Positions 23,501 to 29,373 of a stretch of DNA of 38,069 bases are shown piece by piece (position 1 is the stretch's first letter; every line of letters begins with the position of its first letter). The notes under the pieces are model-generated. The model had not been told where the DNA came from and did no database searches. It saw only the letters and a program-made list of their open reading frames with translations. The translations under genes and the position numbers were made by a program. Location of the stretch: positions 1-38,069 of the IMG/VR virus record IMGVR_UViG_3300012933_000331. One strand, given 5' to 3'. This DNA comes from a virus. Lineage: Duplodnaviria; Heunggongvirae; Uroviricota; Caudoviricetes.

Positions 23501-25133
23501 CACCAGTTCCAAAGACTAAAGATCTCGGACGCGTTGCTGAACTACTTGCAAATGAGCCGCAAGTAAATATCTGCGACGCCCCTATATTAAGTGTACCCGC
23601 ATATAGTGTGACGTCTACACCACCACTAATAGTTGCGCTAGATACTGGTGTTAGTGCTCCAGAGCCTAGCATATATATGTCTAGTTTAGCAAAGCCCCCA
23701 AGAGTGCGACCGTTTGTATTTAGCACAAAATCAGAACTACTTCTATTAATAAATAGTAGAGTAGCGGTAGTGCTACTCATACTAACACCACTGCCCAATA
23801 TTAGACCATTAGTAATGGTTAAAGCAAAAGCGTTAATAGTAAGTGCTAAGGTACGCGCAGAAGCATCAATAGATGCCACATAGTACGAATTGTACAATAT
23901 CATTAGCGTACAGCTAGCTGGCCCGGAATAGTTGCCTATTACTACACTATCTTGCGCAAGAGGAAACTGCGTGGGACTAACATCTGCACTAGAGGTTGAG
24001 GATGACCAAATAGAACCATCAGTCCAAGAATTCGCAGAGTTGCTAGATACTAAATATACAGTTTTAGCGGTTGGGAACGTAATACCTGAATTGCCGCCGC
24101 AGTCTCCTAGTCTAGTACCTGATATAGGTGTGGCGGTACCGTTAACTGTAATATCTCTAAAATCAATATCGGTTAGATTAGTACTGCCGTTTAAGCTAAC
24201 TGTTTGTGCTGTACCCAGAACAGTAGCCTTAAGTAGTATACGTTTAGCACCTGAAGAGTTGCTACTACTGGAAAATACTCCATTGACAGTTATTGAATTA
24301 CCGGTATCTATGCTAATTGTTTTTACGTTTGTAGTACCTGTAGCTGTAAGACTTAAATTATTAAATACTGTAATACCTTGAAATATATTAGATTCAGAAC
24401 TTACCGTTAAATTAACGTTATTAAAAGTATTATTACCGCCTTTAAAATTAGTGGCCGTGCCTTGTAGTACACCAGTAATGGTAGAAGTTCCAGCATCGAA
24501 AGTAAATCCTGTAAGCGGTGAGGTACTGGAAATAAAGTCAACTACGGAGGTAGCATTGCCAGCAGTACTGTCTAAGTATACAGTACTAGATCTAAGATAA
24601 ATAGCTCTTGTAGGTCCAAATGAATTAGAAAACAAGGCGCCAGCGGATAACGCGTATCCAGCAGTATCAAATGTGCCTCTAGAAACAAATAGGTTTCTAT
24701 TGGACATATATAATGCATCACCAAGCGCCCATGTTGCAGTAGAAGCTGTAAGCCCAAAGTACACTTGGGAATCTAGAGTTTTTCCGTTCGTAACTACGGT
24801 ATAGTTGCCGGAAGTTGCGGAAAATGTTAGTGAAGGGCCTGAAACCCAATTAAAATTAATATGGCTACTTAAAACTAATCCGCCATATACGTTAACGTTC
24901 TGAGAAGAGTTTCCAGTAAAAGTACCGTTAAATCCAGTTAGATCAAGGTTTAAACAATTTACTACTCCACTAACAGTTACGGTAGCAGCATTACCAGACA
25001 GATTATTAATAAATACATTATCGCTAGCTGTTGGCACGCTTGCACCTGATGTACCTCCAGAAGTAGCTGACCAGTTTGCTGTATTGGTAGTATTCCAGGT
25101 ACCACTTCCACCAACCCAATATCTATCAGCCAT
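17514..25133 (-). CDS. Giant modular Ser/Thr/Gly/Ala-rich beta-helix-like protein, probable virion fibre/adhesin
   Basis: 2539-aa uninterrupted ORF with no signal peptide; repeated motifs RYWVGG/KTVYW, FPLAQD, LDFTGFSG, TRLGDCGGNSGITF; lies in the tail-fibre operon. Confidence 0.85.
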   Translation of the reverse strand: MADRYWVGGSGTWNTTNTANWSATSGGTSGASVPTASDNVFINNLSGNAATVTVSGVVNCLNLDLTGFNGTFTGNSSQNVNVYGGLVLSSHINFNWVSGPSLTFSATSGNYTVVTNGKTLDSQVYFGLTASTATWALGDALYMSNRNLFVSRGTFDTAGYALSAGALFSNSFGPTRAIYLRSSTVYLDSTAGNATSVVDFISSTSPLTGFTFDAGTSTITGVLQGTATNFKGGNNTFNNVNLTVSSESNIFQGITVFNNLSLTATGTTNVKTISIDTGNSITVNGVFSSSSNSSGAKRILLKATVLGTAQTVSLNGSTNLTDIDFRDITVNGTATPISGTRLGDCGGNSGITFPTAKTVYLVSSNSANSWTDGSIWSSSTSSADVSPTQFPLAQDSVVIGNYSGPASCTLMILYNSYYVASIDASARTLALTINAFALTITNGLILGSGVSMSSTTATLLFINRSSSDFVLNTNGRTLGGFAKLDIYMLGSGALTPVSSATISGGVDVTLYAGTLNIGASQIFTCGSFASSSATRPRSLVFGTGASIKLAPNIARTNLLDISNGTNLTVSGRPKISVTFASSASPGSLIWSATTGIDQTNPVDVSLLSGTYSAATVLGQIAVLGSLDFTGFSGQWSWSASVALNLYGSLKLSSGMSLVASAPLTFAGTGPGLSIDLVGKTIPGDIIFATQSTSDTYNFTSAFRSSGYLVFKVGNVSTGNWLINAACFQFDTGPAKTIYFGTSVVTLSSTPFLWILDNNTTLSASSATFNITQAASNLIVDFGTDQIYGTVSINDITVATKVSLLHSGSLTQINKLVVKGVSTSNTVREYIQSADGTFIIGQLDTSFVGTSSPIVYKSSVEGTRATLLLQAATTVLEDITFRDCDISHLGNNPTITRVGDGGNNAVTGFTFPAARTLYWVGSTSYWTNSNWSLTAGGSTTGVDYPLPQDTAVFTNTGVGAFSVPDRLLVGSIDCSARTSSLQMQMPSAFAVGDVVLGSAVYGSLGIAPPISTIKNLSGTSTAINVIQNGSGSVNLVGNVNTGTGNYTLSLGSLGTNGYVLSCNTFLSSGTASRQINGTSGGRIDVASASGSVIDFTTSTNLGFFASPTFRLTGASTSGQTRTVSTPTSGTATYSLEVTAGAGTLSISSATSRFYNLDLSGFSGTLNPTAAQTLTIYGQTLSLSSALTFGANVTSFTLVTTTGLTTNLTTSGEVLPGSLSVSGAGNLKLLDACAVTSAVTLSSSVGLDLNSYTLTAATFSASSGAPTIAFGNSGAIVLNSTAAGTLFTTTSTTIFTGSREVRIVGNTPSGTAQSIVGNTAAVSSAAPNLRVTSGAATVTIGGQWNNIDFTGFSGVWTNSSATVYGDLTLSAGMLVTATASSLTFGGSTVAGATWLNQSVSISLAGKSTDMPITFNRGIGNTAVLGSNLTAGSTRTLTLTSGSINLNGYAVTSGLFSSSNSTARAIDFGSTGTITVNGTGTVWSTPTTTGMSCSGNRVVNISNATATATTVSPGALGELNCLSFNINAGTYALTITASSDIRSLDFTGFSGSFTIPILSVYGSWKFSTGMTVTGSGALSFASTSGNHTVTSSGKSFGASAPTFGASGASVATWSLLDALTTTGAVTLTSGTFTTNNYNVTATVLSSSNTNVRAINLGSSTLTLSASSCVSLTTSTNLAFDAGTSNIICSYPSGNVQFFGGSLTFYNVSFTGTIEGIVTLNGSNTFNNLSVSGITTGAGVKTLSLGLDQVVNGILNLTPGTNATMRTFVRGSSNIGIQSTLTCAAVSTLQDVDFMDIGISGNAVTAGNISGTRLGNGGGNTGITFTTPKTVYCRATTASNWSSTTGWSATIGGTADITQFPLAQDTVVFPSATYPATATTITLDKSYLIGTVDMSGRTTNTMTLATGTTTPIILGNWINGTGTTLSGTGTLTFAGRNTQGLTTASRTFTQNITLYSPGGTLNITGTLANGSSVLTITQGTFNTNNVNVTTTAINSTSSLTRSLNFGSSTVTVSGSGINFGTSGGLAFSAGTSSINLSSVSAPTVSGNNQNFNNISFTAPNLSSAGALDNIASISNLSVAARTTAGINQIAVTSNITVTGTLTLSGSTGAHMRTFLRSNTVGTQRTLTCNSVAALTNIDFRDIAITGSAVSGGSLIGTLLGDCKGNSNITFDSPKTVYWSSTQTSWGVTATPTFSLTLGGAASHSAFPLAQDTAVIGASSPASGSTITMFAAYNIGTIDMSARTTNTNTFAFSVSPTVYGDIITGTGTTYTGATGFIFSGRTIQNFTSSGKTYTGIISINSPGGSLRLMDAMTTNGGFGTLTAGTLDCNGYSLTFSAGGITGSGTASKTVAFGNGSAITLTASSTNIFNFSSGGLSVTGTGTISANGSTAKSLNFGTGVTAQDVTINQGGVGTLTIIGSNKFANLTNTAIGRIEFSGGSTNEFTNFSINGASGNLLQLGSTNTTPAILKKPDAWNIGLNSTDSGNNTGLSFSGTSPNYLNVSYINAQILSAVLSSIYYSALNISSIYYGSMPVSEIYYGAIKVF
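17514..25133 (-). repeat. Five large internal protein repeats (about 350 aa) plus about 190-200 aa sub-repeats
   Basis: Module-start motifs near 25120, 24055, 22385, 19655 and 18620; LD(F/L)(T/S)GFxG motifs near 24940, 23255, 21665, 21095 and 20505. Confidence 0.75.
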
Positions 25134-25329
25134 CTATAGCCTCCTCAGATACTAATGTAACGGCCACGTCTTCAATAGTATTAACTGTAGTAATAATATT
25201 AATCCAGTTATTAAGCCGCTGTAGTTTTAACTCGTCTATCTGTTCAGCAGTCAGGTCATGTTCATCTGGTAAATATAAGGCATCACGAAATAAGCCGTGC
25301 TCAGTTTGAAATTCAAAATCAATTTTCAT
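25126..25329 (-). CDS. Small acidic hypothetical protein coupled to the giant gene
   Basis: 67 aa, MKIDFEFQTEHGLFRDALYLPD...; its stop overlaps the giant gene start by 8 nt. Confidence 0.75.
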   Translation of the reverse strand: MKIDFEFQTEHGLFRDALYLPDEHDLTAEQIDELKLQRLNNWINIITTVNTIEDVAVTLVSEEAIDG

Positions 25330-25331
25330 GT

Positions 25332-26090
25332 TTATGCTCCAGTAACAATATATAGTGTGGTACTATCGGGCGAACCAGGCAAACTAGTTACAACCTGTAC
25401 TTTTGTTAAGCCACCCCCAAATAAACTCAAGTCTCCGCCGCCTACTAAGCTAGTACCGTTAACGGTTTTTAAAGCAGTATTTTCCCAACGACCTGTGGTA
25501 TCGTTCCACTTTAATAAGTCGTTGTTTGTGGGAGCAGGTGCATAAACATCATGTAGCTCACCAAGATGAGACCCAAAGGATGGTCTAACCAGCAAACTAC
25601 CATTATTAGCGTGTGAGTTTGTTACTGCTGCAATTTGAATAATGTGGTTTGGCTGTGTTGGTCTTGTGCCGGTTAATGCACCTGGAGTAGTAGACGCGTA
25701 TAGTATAGTACCATCAGCCCAAGCACTGGTATCTATGCCTTCTACATTTCCAAACCACACCACGTCACCATAGGCATTAGCACTAAAATTTTGTGCTGCA
25801 ACGCCCACAATCCAAGTGTCTACAAAACCCACAGCACTTAAGTCTGCTTTAGAAACAAGAATATGGTCGCCTTGTGAGCCTGCAAACATTACAAGTTGAC
25901 CTTTTGTAATCGTTTCGGTGGCCTTGGCATAAACATCACTATTGCGACTCCAGGACTTAACTTGTCCCGCAGTATTTTTATAGTAAAGCTTTTCGTCTTC
26001 GTAGTTTACGGCTAATTCGCCGTATTGAAGATCAGTTGCTAGCGGTATTTTACCAGCAACTGACGACTTCTTATGAATAATCGTTGACAT
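25332..26090 (-). CDS. Tail fibre/adaptor protein
   Basis: N-terminal IIHKKSSVAGKIP...YGELAVN fibre-attachment motif, central beta domain, LGELHDV...LLKWNDTTGRWEN segment, C-terminal VTSLPGSPDSTTLYIVTG. Confidence 0.75.
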   Translation of the reverse strand: MSTIIHKKSSVAGKIPLATDLQYGELAVNYEDEKLYYKNTAGQVKSWSRNSDVYAKATETITKGQLVMFAGSQGDHILVSKADLSAVGFVDTWIVGVAAQNFSANAYGDVVWFGNVEGIDTSAWADGTILYASTTPGALTGTRPTQPNHIIQIAAVTNSHANNGSLLVRPSFGSHLGELHDVYAPAPTNNDLLKWNDTTGRWENTALKTVNGTSLVGGGDLSLFGGGLTKVQVVTSLPGSPDSTTLYIVTGA

Positions 26091-26113
26091 ATCTTGTTCC
26101 TAAAAAGGTATTA

Positions 26114-26133
26114 AGGCAAGTATAGACTTGCCT
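26114..26133. promoter_or_regulatory. Intergenic hairpin (possible attenuator or processing/stability element)
   Basis: Perfect 8-bp stem AGGCAAGT-ATAG-ACTTGCCT between two tail genes; no immediate U-tract on the coding strand. Confidence 0.4.
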
Positions 26134-26140
26134 GTAATTA

Positions 26141-27469
26141 TTAATAAATTCCGCCGTCTACCGTGGCAATGGAAACTGCCCCAGAAGACACAGAGAAGTT
26201 TGTACTATCAAAGCTTGCTAGACCCAATACACTTGCGGTTGCTGTTGGAATTGCCGCATTAGCTGCTGCAGTTAGTCGACCCTTGCTGTCTACTGTAAAA
26301 GTTGCTACGCTAGTAGCACTACCATAGCTTCCTGCAGTTACTGCTGTGTTAGCCAAGGTAAGTGCGGCGCTGGTGTTTGCACTGCCGTCAAAATTTATTG
26401 TCCAGCTAGCATCACCGTTTATGCTAATATCACGAGCTGTGGCTAATTTGGTAGCTGTTGAGGCGTTACCACTTAGTGCACCGTATACAGTTCCAACATT
26501 TAAATCTTTGTTTAGATTCCAACGATTGTCTGCGCTTGTATAAGTAAATGTAGCAGAAACTGCTGGGCCAACAACTGTTAAACCTGCGCCATTTGCACCG
26601 GCTGCATCTGTAGCATCTTTGGCCAGTGTAATATTTAAATCACCAACTGCAATTGTTGTTGAATTAATAGTGGTTGTCGTACCTTGAACAGTTAAGTTAC
26701 CTGTGATGGTAGCATTGCCACTAATACTAACATTAGCTGCGGTTATATCGTCTGAGCTAAGTGTGCCGTTAACTGTTACGTTATTAAAAGTTACGCTAGA
26801 TGTTGTTGAAACAGCCTGACCAATTGCAATGCTTACTTGCCCATTGGTAACTGTAGTGGCAACACCAGTACCTCCTGCAAATGTCAAGGACTCTTCGCCC
26901 AGAGCTACTATATCTGTGCCAGTGTCGCCAGCAATTGAAAGTGAGGTAGAAATTGCAGCGGTTGTTACACCAGTAACCAAGCCTTTGGCATTAACTGTTA
27001 CAATTGGAACTGCAGTAGCACTACCATAAGTTCCAACATTTGAATTAACTGTGGCTAGTGTAATAGCTGTGCTTACGTTAGCGCTTCCATCCACACTGGC
27101 AAAAGTAGCTGTTGCGTCACCAGTTAGTGCAATTGATCGGGCATTTAGCCATTTTGTTGCTGTGCTAGCGTTACCGGTTAATGCCGCTGTGATTGTGCCA
27201 GCAGCAAAATTACCACTAGCATCACGCTTTACCAGCGTGCTGACTGTGTTTAATGCTGTGGAATTTGTGATTTGGTCAGTAAAAAACTTACCACCAATTA
27301 CCACGTGGTTAACAGCATTGCCGTCAGTTTCTGTACCCATACCAATGTACAGTCTATCACCGCCATTGGAGCCATTATCTCCTAAACCAGAGTATGCTAA
27401 TTCACCTGCACCTAATACGGCTGGGTTACCTGATACTTCTGATCTTTTTATCTTAATAAGAGATGCCAT
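26141..27469 (-). CDS. Tail fibre protein with internal duplication
   Basis: N-terminal IKIKRSEVSGNPAVLGAGELAY; two copies of GNASTATK...AR.I...GDA....DGSAN...G(T/S)YGSAT.V...TV..KG; ends IATVDGGIY. Confidence 0.8.
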   Translation of the reverse strand: MASLIKIKRSEVSGNPAVLGAGELAYSGLGDNGSNGGDRLYIGMGTETDGNAVNHVVIGGKFFTDQITNSTALNTVSTLVKRDASGNFAAGTITAALTGNASTATKWLNARSIALTGDATATFASVDGSANVSTAITLATVNSNVGTYGSATAVPIVTVNAKGLVTGVTTAAISTSLSIAGDTGTDIVALGEESLTFAGGTGVATTVTNGQVSIAIGQAVSTTSSVTFNNVTVNGTLSSDDITAANVSISGNATITGNLTVQGTTTTINSTTIAVGDLNITLAKDATDAAGANGAGLTVVGPAVSATFTYTSADNRWNLNKDLNVGTVYGALSGNASTATKLATARDISINGDASWTINFDGSANTSAALTLANTAVTAGSYGSATSVATFTVDSKGRLTAAANAAIPTATASVLGLASFDSTNFSVSSGAVSIATVDGGIY

Positions 27470-27481
27470 TATCTCGTTCCT

Positions 27482-27781
27482 TTAAAATTGACCAGCTTCT
27501 AGTATCTGGTTGTCTAGTTTCTTTGTGGCCTTCCAGGTAGATGTATTTGCTACATATACTAATACGGCCCCGTCTACAAGCTCTGTGGCGTCTACGTCCG
27601 TCATGTCACTGATGTTAGTAGCCCCTACCGGCCCGGGCGGACCCATTATACCGGTTATTACGACTCCGGTGGTGTTTGTATCTACTACTACAACTTCTTG
27701 TTCTGTTACAAGTACTTGTTCTAATAAATTTTCGGCATTGGGTAGTACGCCGGATTCTTCTGCGACTACTATTTTTTCCAT
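27482..27781 (-). CDS. Short tail-fibre-associated protein
   Basis: Collagen-like GPPGPVG, ISDMTDV...DGAVLVY...TWK segment, ends EAGQF. Confidence 0.7.
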   Translation of the reverse strand: MEKIVVAEESGVLPNAENLLEQVLVTEQEVVVVDTNTTGVVITGIMGPPGPVGATNISDMTDVDATELVDGAVLVYVANTSTWKATKKLDNQILEAGQF

Positions 27782-28368
27782 TATCGAGTCACTTCTTTCT
27801 CTAGGGACACAGAGCCCCTAGCAAAAGTTGAAACCTCACCACCCGCCGTTTGAAATTCCAAGGTGTACACGCCACTAACAAAATTTAGTAAAGTGGTTGT
27901 CTCGTCAGGAATAGTTAATGTGATTGTTTTGTTTGTGTTATCAAAAACAATACCGCCGTTTTGTGTGGTAAGTTCATGAATAACTTCTGGGGAAGTTAGT
28001 TTTTCACGTATTTGCATACGTGCAGTTAGTCCACTTAGTGAGACTGGTTGGTTGTATTCTAATACACCGCCAGTGGTATAGGCGGTAAATCCCAGTGAGT
28101 TTACCTGATTAAAAGTCACTGTGTCACTAGTAGTGCCGGTGACTATCTGGTAATCTAATAAGTTAGCTTCTTTCATGCCGCCTGCATTCGATACACGTGC
28201 ACGCCACCCTAGTGGGATGGAGTGGCCAGTGGCGGTAACTACCATTGGAGCGCTTTTAGCTATTGATGTAATTGGTACGTATACTTTTGTAGCCGATTCC
28301 CAACGCAATACCTGCTTGAAAGTGCTGCCCTGATATATTTTTAAATTTAATTTAATTGGTGCTGCCAT
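27781..28368 (-). CDS. Baseplate/tail adaptor protein (BppU-N-like Ig fold with inserted small beta domain)
   Basis: LKIYQGSTF...LSGLTARMQIR...ITLTIP...GVYTLEF...GSVSLEKEVTR pattern, interrupted by ITSIAKSAPMVVTATGHSIPLG. Confidence 0.65.
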   Translation of the reverse strand: MAAPIKLNLKIYQGSTFKQVLRWESATKVYVPITSIAKSAPMVVTATGHSIPLGWRARVSNAGGMKEANLLDYQIVTGTTSDTVTFNQVNSLGFTAYTTGGVLEYNQPVSLSGLTARMQIREKLTSPEVIHELTTQNGGIVFDNTNKTITLTIPDETTTLLNFVSGVYTLEFQTAGGEVSTFARGSVSLEKEVTR

Positions 28369-28705
28369 TGGGCTCTCCTTTATGTAGCACTGTTTGAAGT
28401 CTAGTAACTTCTCGGGTAAGGGCTACTACTTCTGATTGTAATCTTTGATTTTCAAAGGTTAGTTTCTGCAGTTGCTGGTTTAGTGTGATTACTTCGCCAT
28501 GTAACCTACCTAGTTCTATGCTTAGTGCAGTATTTTGTTCTGCCATACGCTCTAGTTCAGTGTGCATTAGGGTAATTATTGAATTTTCAGCGGCGCTGGC
28601 CTTCCAATCTTTTAAGATTTTTTGCACACCTATAAAAACTGCAATAACTGCTAATGCTACCATTCCCAGCACTTCAATAAAACTGTCTGCTGTAACACCT
28701 AACAT
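28352..28705 (-). CDS. Single-TM protein with leucine-zipper-like coiled coil (holin/antiholin candidate)
   Basis: GAGAGG RBS; TM VLGMVALAVIAVFIGV; about 55 aa of regular heptads; first gene behind the 28833-28861 promoter. Confidence 0.7.
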   Translation of the reverse strand: MLGVTADSFIEVLGMVALAVIAVFIGVQKILKDWKASAAENSIITLMHTELERMAEQNTALSIELGRLHGEVITLNQQLQKLTFENQRLQSEVVALTREVTRLQTVLHKGEPNGSTN

Positions 28706-28832
28706 ATTAGGCCCTCTCTTTGCTATTAAGCAATACTTAATATTGATTGATACGATTTAGGGTCGCTATTGATTTTACCTGGTACTGAGTTTTGTAGCCT
28801 TGCAACTAAAACGCCTTAAAATAATTTGTACT

Positions 28833-28861
28833 ATTATATCATAAGGGCAGGGATTTGTCAA
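28833..28861 (-). promoter_or_regulatory. Perfect sigma70 promoter driving the fibre-lysis-envelope operon
   Basis: Minus strand TTGACA (28861-28856), 17 nt, TATAAT (28838-28833), plus extended -10 TG. Confidence 0.9.
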
Positions 28862-28864
28862 TGC

Positions 28865-28897
28865 AAAAAAATACCCAGGGGTTTAGCCTGGGTATTT
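28865..28897 (-). terminator. Intrinsic terminator of the upstream tail operon
   Basis: Minus strand AAATACCCAGG-CTAAACC-CCTGGGTATTTTTTT, 4 nt after the stop of 28902..29372. Confidence 0.88.
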
Positions 28898-28901
28898 AAA
28901 G

Positions 28902-29372
28902 TTACTGTGGTTGTGTTGGCCAGATTATTTCTTGTGGAAAAGTTGCCTGCTGAGTAATATCGCGCAAAGCCTGTCTGTATGCTGCCCAGGCTGCTCGACT
29001 TTCTGCGGTTAAGGGTGAGTCAGCTACTTGAGTCCAATCGCTGGCCGCTAATAGTCTAGACCTAAGTGCTCTAGCATTATAGGCTAAAGATTCGGTATTT
29101 CGTAATTCAGCTAACTCCATAGTAACACTATCTAGCTGGTATACTTGCCAGGTTTGAAAATAGACACCGGACTGGTCTGCTTGAGGTAAAACTTCGTTAA
29201 TTCCCTGAGTTTTTATATCATAGGCCGGCTTTGCTACACCATGCACATATGCGTAACCAAACTGAGTCCAGTCAATATTTGAAAAATCCCTGGGAAAAGA
29301 AGTATTTGGGTACTGAGCTATAACGTAATACTCTGATACAGGGTACTCATTGGTTTCTAAATTAATTAACAT
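28902..29372 (-). CDS. Tail fibre assembly chaperone-like protein
   Basis: C-terminal RSRLLAASDWTQVADSPL...WAAYRQALRDITQQATFPQEIIWPTQP, the typical phage tail assembly chaperone motif. Confidence 0.85.
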   Translation of the reverse strand: MLINLETNEYPVSEYYVIAQYPNTSFPRDFSNIDWTQFGYAYVHGVAKPAYDIKTQGINEVLPQADQSGVYFQTWQVYQLDSVTMELAELRNTESLAYNARALRSRLLAASDWTQVADSPLTAESRAAWAAYRQALRDITQQATFPQEIIWPTQPQ

Positions 29373-29373
29373 A

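Noticed and set aside
17827-24757. Many 60-180 aa + strand ORFs inside the giant gene (and similar ones at 26346-27821, 30881-32565, 33878-37744)
   Set aside because: They are antisense shadows: Ser/Thr/Gly/Ala codons on the - strand rarely create stops on the + strand. They have no RBS or promoter and show low-complexity Val/Pro/Leu translations.
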